A stretch of 64,000 bases of DNA, from assembly GCA_001796285.1 (NCBI GenBank), contig MGMD01000002.1, forward strand, positions 5,929 to 69,928, in the 5' to 3' direction. The notes beneath the pieces were generated by a model. That model ran no database searches. It saw nothing but the letters and a program-made list of their open reading frames with translations, and was not told the origin of the DNA. This document shows positions 1 through 8,548 of the stretch, piece by piece. The stretch is from Chlamydiae bacterium RIFCSPLOWO2_12_FULL_45_20. GTDB lineage: Bacteria; Chlamydiota; Chlamydiia; Chlamydiales; SM23-39. The first letter of the stretch is position 1, and each line of letters begins with the position of its first letter. Both the position numbers and the translations under genes were made by a program.

Positions 1-605
1 CCAGTTTTACTGCCCTTTCCCAAGCAGAGCGAATGTCGATTGGCTTTTTGGGATCATTTGTGGAGGGGAAAATTAATGCGTCTTGATTAGGAATGATGGT
101 CAATCGTTCTTTCATCAAATGAAGGGGAGTGCCCACCAAAGGGACTGAACGGACATCTCCATTTTTGGTTTCTTTTAAAGTAATGACATTTCGTCCAATG
201 TCCACATCTCCTTTCTTCAGTTTCATGATTTCGCTGTAGCGCATCCCTGTTGAGAGGGCTAAAAGAACAGCCAAATATAGGACTTTGCAGCCACTTTTTT
301 GACAGGCGTCAAGTAAACGCACTTTCTCATCTTCTGAAAGGAAACGAATTCTGGCATTAGAAAGGGTAGGCTTAGTGATTTTGCGTACTGGATTCTCTGT
401 GATCCAACCCCATTCCTTGACCATGATGGTGAAAACATGGGACAAACTGGAAATATAGCGGATGTCCTTTGATGCGAACCCTGACTCTATAGCTATCAGT
501 ACCGTCTTTGTTTGGTCTTTTATCAATACCATTCATGGCTTTAACCCCTTCATCTTGATTGTTAGGGTTAGCCGTCGCTGATGATGAATGATTTTTCGTA
601 CTCAT
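1..605 (-). pseudogene. Degraded tyrosine recombinase (phage-type integrase); 3' end cut by the window edge
   Basis: Minus-strand translation gives ...KDGTDSYRVRVRIKGHP in the frame of ORF 372..605. Near 455-470 the recognisable integrase sequence continues in another frame: ...YISSLSHVFTIMVKEWGWITENPVRKITKP..RFLSEDEKVRLLDAC..LAVLLALSTGMRYSEIMKLKKGDVD..TLKETKNGDVRSVPL, running off position 1. The long linker that normally separates these two motifs is absent. Confidence 0.65.
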
Positions 606-726
606 TTGCTACATTTTGTGGGTGAGTGGTCCAAGATTGGTCCACACTACTCAAAACGGCCCGTTGCTGTCAAGGTTGTTTTTACCTGACAGCATTCAAG
701 CGTATGTATGAGAACGATTTAGAAAA

Positions 727-799
727 TGGGGCAACCTGGACTTGAACCAGGGACCGACGGGTTATGAGTCCGCTGCTCTAACCACTGAGCTATTGCCCC
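727..799 (-). tRNA. tRNA with CAT anticodon (elongator tRNA-Met; lysidine-type tRNA-Ile2 not excluded)
   Basis: The reverse complement folds as a cloverleaf: GGGGCAA-TA-GCTC-AGTGGTTA-GAGC-A-GCGGA-CTCATAA-CCCGT-CGGTC-CCTGG-TTCAAGT-CCAGG-TTGCCCC-A. The G1-C72 pair argues against an initiator. No CCA is encoded. Confidence 0.85.
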
Positions 800-886
800 A
801 AATAGCGAAGAAAAAGTTTATCTCAACTTTACCCAAAATACAATCAGAAACAATTTTTTAATGCATAGCGAAGAATACACTCTGCC

Positions 887-2134
887 TTGTATGATAGTCA
901 AACTATGCTTTGTAAAGAAAAACAGATGGGACTGTCCTTAATTTGGACCAATTTGTTGACAGAGCCTCTATTCACTCTTTATACCTTCTTGCCTTTCATT
1001 CTTTATAAAGATCTAGGCGCTAGCGCCTTCCAAGTCACTCTCCTCATGATGCTTAAACCTTTTATCACTATCTTGTCATTTTATTGGAGTGCAGGACTCC
1101 ACGGCAGTACCCATAAGCTCAAATCCAATGTATTATGGGCCGGACTATTGATGAGAGCCCCCTTCTTACTATGCCCTTGGATCCATTCCGCCTGGTATCT
1201 GATCTTCGCTGCAACCAACTACATGTTTTTTTATAGAGCCGGAATCCCAGCCTGGCTCGAAATCCTCAAAAGAAATATGAGTTCTGGTAAGCGAGGCAGA
1301 TCCTTCTCCATTAGTTCTGCCTTAGGATATGCAGAAGGGGTTATTCTAGCTCTCGCCTGCGGCTCCTTCCTAGACAAAGATCCTTCCTGTTGGAAAATAC
1401 TTTTCTTTGGAACCTCCGCTATTGGACTCATTACATTACTCGTCCAAGCTAGAATTGTCCTCGACTCTAGTCCATGTTCATCAAAATCCCAATTGGCCGT
1501 GCGTGGTATAAAAGAAATCCTCATCAGACCCTGGCGAGACAGCTATCGATTAATGCGAGAAAGGCTCGACTTTTCTAGGTTCCAATGGGGCTTTATGGTC
1601 AGCGGTTTTGGCCTCATGCTCATTCAGCCAGCCATCCCTTTATTTGCCGTAGATGTCCTCGGCATCTCTTATCTAGAAATGGCTGCTGCCATCTGCATTG
1701 CCAAAGGACTCGGGTTCATCGTGTCTACCCCCATTTGGACCCAATGGATTAATCAGCTCAACACATTTAAAGTCGCCAGTCTCGTCTTCTTAGCCGTCGG
1801 ACTCTTCACAGTTCTCTTGAGTCTGTCCATTTGGAGCATCGCTTGGCTCTATATCGCTTATTTCTGGTATGGAGTAGGACAGGGAGGCAGCCACCTAGTA
1901 TGGAACCTTTCTGGCCCCATTTTCTCAGGAAAAGAGGAAAGTTCAAAGTACACAGGAGTCAATGTCGTCATGGCCGGCATGAGAGGCATGGTCGCCCCCC
2001 CATTAGGAGGTTGGCTTTCCGTCGCCCTGGGACCTATTTTTGTCCTCTTCTTAGGAGGCGCCCTTTGCTTATATAGCGGAGCTTCCCTCCTCCGAAGTAA
2101 GTTCGCAAAAGGTTCTTTGCCGATAAAAACTTAA
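887..2134 (+). CDS. MFS-type multi-pass membrane transporter
   Basis: The 415-aa ORF has about 12 hydrophobic segments in two halves joined by a charged central loop (RPWRDSYRLMRERLDFSRF). The start may be the internal MGLSLIW. Confidence 0.7.
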   Translation: MYDSQTMLCKEKQMGLSLIWTNLLTEPLFTLYTFLPFILYKDLGASAFQVTLLMMLKPFITILSFYWSAGLHGSTHKLKSNVLWAGLLMRAPFLLCPWIHSAWYLIFAATNYMFFYRAGIPAWLEILKRNMSSGKRGRSFSISSALGYAEGVILALACGSFLDKDPSCWKILFFGTSAIGLITLLVQARIVLDSSPCSSKSQLAVRGIKEILIRPWRDSYRLMRERLDFSRFQWGFMVSGFGLMLIQPAIPLFAVDVLGISYLEMAAAICIAKGLGFIVSTPIWTQWINQLNTFKVASLVFLAVGLFTVLLSLSIWSIAWLYIAYFWYGVGQGGSHLVWNLSGPIFSGKEESSKYTGVNVVMAGMRGMVAPPLGGWLSVALGPIFVLFLGGALCLYSGASLLRSKFAKGSLPIKT

Positions 2135-2169
2135 TCTGTATATAGAGGTCAAAAGGCCGCTATATCAGT

Positions 2170-3330
2170 ATGCGTATTGTTGTCTCTACTCTATTTTTAT
2201 TTAGCTATTTTCTATGGGGAGATGAAAGCGAGGTTGCGGTTCTTTCGCGAAGAGATACCCTTTCTGAAGAAATCCAAACTGCGTCAGACCCCTATTTCGA
2301 AGGCTACATTCAAGCACTCGTCGATATACACTACGCCGAATACTGCGTTGTTGTCATCGTCAAAGATCACAAAGTCTGGCTCGCTAACATGCCCAACAAC
2401 AAAATGATCGCCAATAGCATCGTCTCCTTCGTTTTGGACGTCCCAGGAGTCGAAGCAGTTCACGTCTTAAATGGCGTCCCACCAGAAGACAAAGAACTAA
2501 GAGAAAAATATGTCAATAGGCCCCGCATCAATGGCATCTGGTTCCCCCAAATGACAGAGCTCTATCTACCCATGATCGCTGACCCAAGAAATGTCACCTA
2601 TACCCTCGGGTGGAGAAGTGGAGATAGAGTCATCGGCGCCAAAACCATCGACATCTCTCTAGGAGATGACTTTCCCATCTACCGTTGGCTCGACGCTTTC
2701 TGGGGCGGTGATATCCAGATCGGCATAGAGGCCGGAATTTGGTCCGTTTTCAATATGGACCCAAACCCCAATATCGCCAAAGGTTGGGGAGAATTGGTCA
2801 ATACAGATTTTTACGCCGGTGTTCCCATTTCTATGGCCCTAGGCCCTTGGTCGTTTCGACTACGAGGCTACCATATCTCCTCTCACCTAGGAGACGAATA
2901 CATGATCGACCACCCAGAAGTCATCCGCCTCAACCCCAGCATTGAAGCCATCGATTTCTTCACCTCATACCAAGCCACAGAAGCCATCCGCGTATATGTA
3001 GGACCCGGTGTCGTTGTCCACAGTGACCGAACCTTCCCCTGGAAACCCTTTTATATCGAATATGGCACCGAAGCACGGTTTTTAGGCAGTAAGTTCCATA
3101 AGCAAAGACTCTACGGAACTTGTTTCCTCGCCCTCTTTTGGCGCAATGAACAGGAGCTTCACTTCAATTTCGATGGCACCTACCGCGCAGGATATGAATT
3201 CAGCAAACTCCAAGGTATCGGACGCAAATTCAGGCTCTACGTCGGTTACCATCACGGCTATTCACTAGAAGGCCAGTTTCAAAAGGAAAGAACGCACTAC
3301 TTTGAGTTCAACATGAATTACGGATTTTAG
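2170..3330 (+). CDS. Outer-membrane protein: signal peptide, BON-like domain, C-terminal beta-barrel (DUF1207-like by recollection)
   Basis: It has an N-terminal signal-like MRIVVSTLFLFSYFLWG and a BON-like EGYIQALVDIHYAEYCVVVIVKDHKVWLANMP..VPGVEAVHV. Alternating aromatic/glycine strands end in the OMP signature ...FEFNMNYGF (terminal Phe). Confidence 0.55.
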   Translation: MRIVVSTLFLFSYFLWGDESEVAVLSRRDTLSEEIQTASDPYFEGYIQALVDIHYAEYCVVVIVKDHKVWLANMPNNKMIANSIVSFVLDVPGVEAVHVLNGVPPEDKELREKYVNRPRINGIWFPQMTELYLPMIADPRNVTYTLGWRSGDRVIGAKTIDISLGDDFPIYRWLDAFWGGDIQIGIEAGIWSVFNMDPNPNIAKGWGELVNTDFYAGVPISMALGPWSFRLRGYHISSHLGDEYMIDHPEVIRLNPSIEAIDFFTSYQATEAIRVYVGPGVVVHSDRTFPWKPFYIEYGTEARFLGSKFHKQRLYGTCFLALFWRNEQELHFNFDGTYRAGYEFSKLQGIGRKFRLYVGYHHGYSLEGQFQKERTHYFEFNMNYGF

Positions 3331-3334
3331 AGAG

Positions 3335-3365
3335 TAGACCTCCTGCATAACTCAGGGTTCGTCGC
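3335..3365. repeat. Degenerate copy of the dispersed palindromic intergenic element (core TGCATAACTCAGG)
   Basis: TAGACCTCCTGCATAACTCAGGGTTCGTCGC lies between convergent stops (3330 and 3375). It aligns with the copies at 5565, 29174 (reverse complement), 54477 and 58423. Confidence 0.7.
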
Positions 3366-3374
3366 TTTTCGGGA

Positions 3375-5510
3375 TTATTTTGAACTCATCTCAAAATATA
3401 CATCGCAAAACCCCTCATCATACACTGGCCCCCCCTTCCCAATGAGCAGAGTGTTTTGAAAAAAATGGCGGAGCACCCACAGCCCTTGATCCGCCGTCTG
3501 AATACAATAGAAACAGTTGCTCACCCACTCAGATCCCCTAATTGTACCTGTTTCTCGATTCACCTGAAATCGAGAAGTCACTTTTTTTCTCCAATACTCA
3601 GTCTCCCCAAAAAGCAAAACCGGAGTCGGCGGGTTGGATCCCGTTTTTCGGCGAACTTCTTCTAACGTATATTCAAAATCCATTCCAATTCCCCCAGGCA
3701 GAAAGATAGGTACGTCCAGATAAAACTCCGCCTGTCTTTCAACCAACCGGTCCAACCGATAGGTCATTTTTGCATCGATATGAGCGTTCTCTTTCTGCTC
3801 ATTCACCACCTGTCTATCTTTAGCCCTAAAGTCAACAATATTGGCGCAGGAAAGGATTCCCACCTCTTTTGCCACACGGTTCCCTACCTCCATTGCGCCA
3901 GGACCCCCGCCAGTCAAAAGAGCAAGGGGGGTATTTGGCGAAAGAAGTGGGTGCTGCATATCCTCCCGCATCTTTAATACACCCTCAAGAAGCGCTTTAA
4001 GCTCTTTCTCAAAATCCCCCTCTTGTAAGTTAGAACCATAAACCCCAAAAAAAGTCGCCTTACGAAATTTTTCAATCAGAGGGATCGGTACAAAAAGCCC
4101 CGCGTCTTTCTCAGGCTTCAGAACGTATTGAAGGATCTTATGCGACAACGGATCACACCAATAAACCGGAATCCCAAATTTAGCAAGATCCACCAACATC
4201 GCCCGATCCTCATGAGAAAAAAATCCATCGCTGGAACGAGAAGGATGCAGAAAGTAAATCCGCTTCAAGCATCGTTGAATCTGATCGTTGAGAAGCATCC
4301 GCTTCATCAGCGGCGAAGGAAAATGACGAGTCAAAAGGATCCCTTGCGAAGTAATCAGCCCCTCCTCAATAGCTTTTAAAAATGGGTAGGAGGCTTGTGC
4401 CTCAATATATTTGTCCACAATTTGCGCTTGCCGCGTTGGATGGGAAAGACCCGGAAAATCATGCTTGATAGGGTCCCTCATAATCCAGTCGCTCGGCCGA
4501 AGGCCTTGCATTTGCGTCCCCTTCACCACAAAAACCGCCGCCAAATGATGGCTAGGTCCAGGAGCTGTTGCAAAGGCGTTAAATAGACTCTCCAGATCCT
4601 CTAAATTCGCAAGCAGTTGGTCTCGATCTGAGAAAAAAATATGCTCCCGATGTGGCTCTAACGTATAAAACTCCAAAGGAATATCATCGACAATCTGATC
4701 GCTAGTCCCATAAAGTTCGTACACGTCGCCAGAGGCAAATGTGTCCGGTTGTAAGTAGTTCGCACTGGTGTGATACATCCCTTGCGGAAGCAGGGCATCG
4801 ACCACATGTCCATAAACAGTTCGGATATGAAGAGGAGGTGTAGATACAAGAAGGATCTGATCGCGATGCACGATTCGGGGAGCTTTATCTTCCCAGTTTT
4901 GATGCAGATGGAGAAACTGCCGAGTGCCCCCTACATTCCCCCTTAAGGCTTTCTCAAGAGTCGGCAAAAAACCATAGACATTCATTTCATACGTCAAGAT
5001 GCCATCGAGAAGTGATATAAAAGCCACGGTCCTCCCGTCGATTTTTTCCAAAATCAACGCCCCACTTCCTTCAAGCCCCCCCAAAGAGAGTAGCGGCCTT
5101 CCCTTGCGGTCAGACCTTCCAAACATCCTCATCAAATAATCTGGATCTCGTACCTTGCGACGATCATCCGCCGCAAATAACTTTCCCACATAGGTGCCAA
5201 TCGTAAGCAGCTCCAACATAGCCCGCCCCAAATTACCAATGCCAAAAAATTCCACTTTTACATGCACCGTATGCTCCTTCTTCTCAAAGTAAAATTCCCT
5301 CCCAATCGCATTGACACCCAACTGGGCAAGGGTGCTTTTCAGATTAAAAGTAATCAGTTTCTCATCGATTTGGTATCCAACAAAGACAGGAGAAATCTTC
5401 TCAATGAAAATCGTCGCCATACGGCGACTTGGATCCAAGGTCCTAATATCTACAATTTTACCATCAGGCGTAACAAGATCGTAATGCTCTGGAGCAAGAT
5501 AACTTTCCAT
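3375..5510 (-). CDS. 711-aa protein with a C-terminal LOG/TIGR00730-type (PpnN-like) Rossmann domain and a large uncharacterised N-terminal region
   Basis: The C-terminus carries LLTGGGPGAMEVGN and PIFLPGGIGMDFEYTLEE, which match the LOG-family GGGxGxM and PGGxGTxxE motifs. I do not recognise the first ~500 aa. Confidence 0.6.
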   Translation of the reverse strand: MESYLAPEHYDLVTPDGKIVDIRTLDPSRRMATIFIEKISPVFVGYQIDEKLITFNLKSTLAQLGVNAIGREFYFEKKEHTVHVKVEFFGIGNLGRAMLELLTIGTYVGKLFAADDRRKVRDPDYLMRMFGRSDRKGRPLLSLGGLEGSGALILEKIDGRTVAFISLLDGILTYEMNVYGFLPTLEKALRGNVGGTRQFLHLHQNWEDKAPRIVHRDQILLVSTPPLHIRTVYGHVVDALLPQGMYHTSANYLQPDTFASGDVYELYGTSDQIVDDIPLEFYTLEPHREHIFFSDRDQLLANLEDLESLFNAFATAPGPSHHLAAVFVVKGTQMQGLRPSDWIMRDPIKHDFPGLSHPTRQAQIVDKYIEAQASYPFLKAIEEGLITSQGILLTRHFPSPLMKRMLLNDQIQRCLKRIYFLHPSRSSDGFFSHEDRAMLVDLAKFGIPVYWCDPLSHKILQYVLKPEKDAGLFVPIPLIEKFRKATFFGVYGSNLQEGDFEKELKALLEGVLKMREDMQHPLLSPNTPLALLTGGGPGAMEVGNRVAKEVGILSCANIVDFRAKDRQVVNEQKENAHIDAKMTYRLDRLVERQAEFYLDVPIFLPGGIGMDFEYTLEEVRRKTGSNPPTPVLLFGETEYWRKKVTSRFQVNRETGTIRGSEWVSNCFYCIQTADQGLWVLRHFFQNTLLIGKGGPVYDEGFCDVYFEMSSK

Positions 5511-5564
5511 AAGGAATGATTATAAAATATTTCTCTTTATCTGGATATACCTGGACTTTGACCA

Positions 5565-5604
5565 TTAGATCTCTTGCATAACTCAGGTTTTGCAAGAGGT
5601 CTAA
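5565..5604. repeat. Palindromic intergenic element (terminator-like hairpin) directly 3' of tamB
   Basis: TTAGATCTCTTGCATAAC-TCAG-GTTTTGCAAGAGGTCTAA has 18-nt arms with one mismatch and one G-T pair, and a TCAG loop. It begins 2 nt from the tamB stop. Confidence 0.8.
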
Positions 5605-5605
5605 T

Positions 5606-8548
5606 CTAGTAACTGCGGTTCCACTTCAAGGTGAATTTCCCTTGCTCCTGTCTCTGATCGCTCTGAATTTCGAAGACGAAATTGTGTTTGAGCTCAATTT
5701 CGACACTGATATTTGTGCTGCTGTCTTCTGTGCCCTGTGTGATGGAGACGAGCACCCCTTCAGAGACATATTTCCCCACTTCAAGAGAAACCGTTTCTCC
5801 ATCCACTCCAGGCTCAGCGATCACTCGAAGTCGATCGACTCCCAGAGACTTTCTTGTGCTCTCCATGATATCAGGCCCCGTGCCCGCTAGAGATGCTAGG
5901 GAAGTGGCAATTTGGAGAGCTTGAAAGCCTCCGATTTCTGAAAGATCCTGCCCGAACAAGAGGTATGACAGGATGGAACTTAATGGGAGAGACGGATTGG
6001 ATTGTAGCGTTACCTGTGGGTTGTCGAGAGGGCCAGACAATTTGGCTGTGATTAAAATCCCTTTGGTCTCGGTGGTTCCAGCCAGTTTTAGATGGGGCAT
6101 TTGGTACTCTTTTCCAGAAAAAGAGAGTGCACCTTCCGTCAGCTTAAAACTTCGGCTAGAAAAATTAAACTGTCCTTCGATGAGTGTCAGTTTTCCGTGT
6201 GTTGCAATCGAAGTAAAACTCCCCCCCAAATGAAAATCGCCTTTCCATTCCGATTCGAGGCCCCTCCCGCTGATGTTGACTCGAGGAGCCGAAATATTGA
6301 GATCCAAGAGGAGGGGATAGGGTTCATAGTCTTTGGGAGAAAGCACGATTTCTCGAATCGGGTGGCGATAGGTGACATTCAGGTCGGGAAGTGGTTTTGC
6401 AATGTGGCTCGGAATGGTAAGAGTCGTATCGCTTACTGTGACATCTCCTTTAACCATGGCTTTTAGAGCGTTGCCTTTGATTTGGACCTCCCCATTGGCA
6501 ATCGCCTGCACCAGATCCACTGTGACAAACTGAAAATTGACAAGCTTGCAATCTAATAGAAAAGGAAAGTGCTCCTGAAGCAAGAGATCAATATGCCCCG
6601 TCGCTTCAAAGGTGCCCTGGTTGGGGTCTTGCGCTGAAAGATTGTTTAAGTAGAATCCCTGTTTGTTGGCGACAAATTCGGCCTGAATCGAACCCAATTG
6701 CGTGCCGGTATAGTAATTTTCATAAGAGCCATTTTGGATCTGAATCAATCCTGCAATTTCTGGGCGTACTAAGGAGTTTTTAAATAAAATATCTGCCTTG
6801 AGGTCCCCCTCTAAACGGTGTGGTCCGATGTTCCAATAATCGAGAAAACGCTCGATTCTCCCTTGATAGGTCAGATGCCCATCAGCAGCTTTGGTGTAGA
6901 GGACTTCTTGATGAAAGGGCCAGATGGAAAAGTGGATAGGTAAAGACGCATCGAATGTACAAATGGGGCCGTTTCTGGAAGAGAACTTCCCTTTGAGGGT
7001 CAGTAGGTCTTCCGATAGGCCAGCTTCCACTTTTCCAAGAGAAACAAAGGGTTCCACTTGTTCAATATTCGCAGATAAAGTGCCCGATAAGCGGTTATTT
7101 TGCTCTTTTACGATAACCTCAATGTCTATGGCGCCCAAGATCGCATCATCCAAAGGATTCATGGACAAAATATCTAAGGGAAGGTTTTTCCCGCTGAGAT
7201 GAGCCTCTGTATTACTCCCTCGCCTCGTTATAGAAAAAAGAAGGGTGCCTTGATCTAGAGAGACCTCTGTTTTTGAAAGGATCAAAGCCTCTTGCGACCA
7301 CGCGATGTGAGTGGCGTGTTCTAGGACTAGAGGGAGGTTTAGAACTCTACCAGAAAAGAGCTGAAGGTCCACTGCAAAGGGGTGGCTAAAAGTCCCCAAA
7401 GAGGTCCACTCAAAGGGGTGGAACCAGGTTCCTTTCGCACTCATGCTAAAAGGCCATTCGGTTTCATTTTGCTCCGCTTTGAGCGTACAATGTTCAAGCG
7501 TTAAATCGCTGAAAGAACCCCGAGAAATCGTCATATTCAAAGAGTTTTGAGAACGTCTAAACGGATCGAGAATTTTCCAAAACCCGAAGACCCTCTCTAT
7601 TGTATACGAGTGATACGAGAAATCGGAAAAAAGAGGTTCGATCAGCACGGCTTGGACCCCATTTTCTTCCTCTAAGAAAGCTTTGACTTCTATCTTTCCA
7701 TAAAAGTCAGGAATGTGGAAGGCTTGGATGTTTTCCACTTGTGCATCGATATGCCCCGAAACGAGGAAATCGGAGAGCAGTGTTAAGTCAAAATCAACCT
7801 TTGAAAAGGGACCCGAAACTTTTCCTCGAAGGTTACGATCTTTTACAGTAAAAACGCCTTCTGCTTTGAGAGGCTCGTATGCGTGTAGCCCGACTTGGTA
7901 GTCTGCTACCTGACAGATGAACTCCCCCTGGAATTCTTCCTGTTCTTTTTTTATTTTGATATTCCCCATCAGACGTCCTGAAGCGTTAAAGGGGAGGGTT
8001 GTAAGAATAAGATCATCATTGAGCTGAATGCTCGAGGAAATGAGTTCGAAAGGTTCTTTAAAACTTGCCCTTCCCCTGATATTAAACGAGTCTTTGCTTC
8101 CGCTAAAATGTGCCTCTTTTTTTGCAATATGATAGCGCAAAAAGATGTTCCACCCCTCCAAAGCCCCCCTGGCATAAAATTGTTTTGTGCTCAATCTTAA
8201 ATTTCCCGAAAAATCAAAGGGCTTCTCATCGGATAAAGAGACCTTTTTGGCCACCACACCTTGAAAGGCAAGCTCTTTTTTTATAAGGCGCCAAAGGACA
8301 GGTTTTAAGGTGATGTCTTGGATGGAGAGCTTCAGATCTTGTCCCTCAATCGTTACCCCCTTCAATTCAATGCGACTCGGAAGGGCTCCCTCAATATGCT
8401 CAATATGCACCTGGTAACCCAAAGAAAAAAAGGCATCTGAGATAGCGTTTTTCAGAAAATTTTTTACAAAAGAGCTTTGAAAAATAGCATATATCCCAGC
8501 TAGGATAAACAAGAGGAAAAAAAGAAAAATTCCAAGTTTTTTCATCAT
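5606..8548 (-). CDS. tamB: TamB-like translocation and assembly module protein (DUF490 C-terminus)
   Basis: The 980-aa ORF has an N-terminal anchor MMKKLGIFLFFLLFILAGIYAI, a long beta-rich body and a DUF490-like end ...LEVGKYVSEGVLVSITQG...KFTLKWNRSY. Its start overlaps the stop of the upstream Omp85 gene. Confidence 0.8.
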   Translation of the reverse strand: MMKKLGIFLFFLLFILAGIYAIFQSSFVKNFLKNAISDAFFSLGYQVHIEHIEGALPSRIELKGVTIEGQDLKLSIQDITLKPVLWRLIKKELAFQGVVAKKVSLSDEKPFDFSGNLRLSTKQFYARGALEGWNIFLRYHIAKKEAHFSGSKDSFNIRGRASFKEPFELISSSIQLNDDLILTTLPFNASGRLMGNIKIKKEQEEFQGEFICQVADYQVGLHAYEPLKAEGVFTVKDRNLRGKVSGPFSKVDFDLTLLSDFLVSGHIDAQVENIQAFHIPDFYGKIEVKAFLEEENGVQAVLIEPLFSDFSYHSYTIERVFGFWKILDPFRRSQNSLNMTISRGSFSDLTLEHCTLKAEQNETEWPFSMSAKGTWFHPFEWTSLGTFSHPFAVDLQLFSGRVLNLPLVLEHATHIAWSQEALILSKTEVSLDQGTLLFSITRRGSNTEAHLSGKNLPLDILSMNPLDDAILGAIDIEVIVKEQNNRLSGTLSANIEQVEPFVSLGKVEAGLSEDLLTLKGKFSSRNGPICTFDASLPIHFSIWPFHQEVLYTKAADGHLTYQGRIERFLDYWNIGPHRLEGDLKADILFKNSLVRPEIAGLIQIQNGSYENYYTGTQLGSIQAEFVANKQGFYLNNLSAQDPNQGTFEATGHIDLLLQEHFPFLLDCKLVNFQFVTVDLVQAIANGEVQIKGNALKAMVKGDVTVSDTTLTIPSHIAKPLPDLNVTYRHPIREIVLSPKDYEPYPLLLDLNISAPRVNISGRGLESEWKGDFHLGGSFTSIATHGKLTLIEGQFNFSSRSFKLTEGALSFSGKEYQMPHLKLAGTTETKGILITAKLSGPLDNPQVTLQSNPSLPLSSILSYLLFGQDLSEIGGFQALQIATSLASLAGTGPDIMESTRKSLGVDRLRVIAEPGVDGETVSLEVGKYVSEGVLVSITQGTEDSSTNISVEIELKHNFVFEIQSDQRQEQGKFTLKWNRSY

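Noticed and set aside
727-799. Initiator tRNA-fMet
   Set aside because: Positions 1 and 72 form a G-C pair. The anticodon stem has only two of the three consecutive G-C pairs expected (A31-C39 mismatch), which favours an elongator Met or lysidine-type Ile tRNA.
1-2134. Prophage or intact genomic island inside the window
   Set aside because: Only a decayed integrase fragment is present. The genes to its right (MFS transporter, OMP, tamAB) are ordinary chromosomal genes, and there are no phage structural, transposase or conjugation genes.
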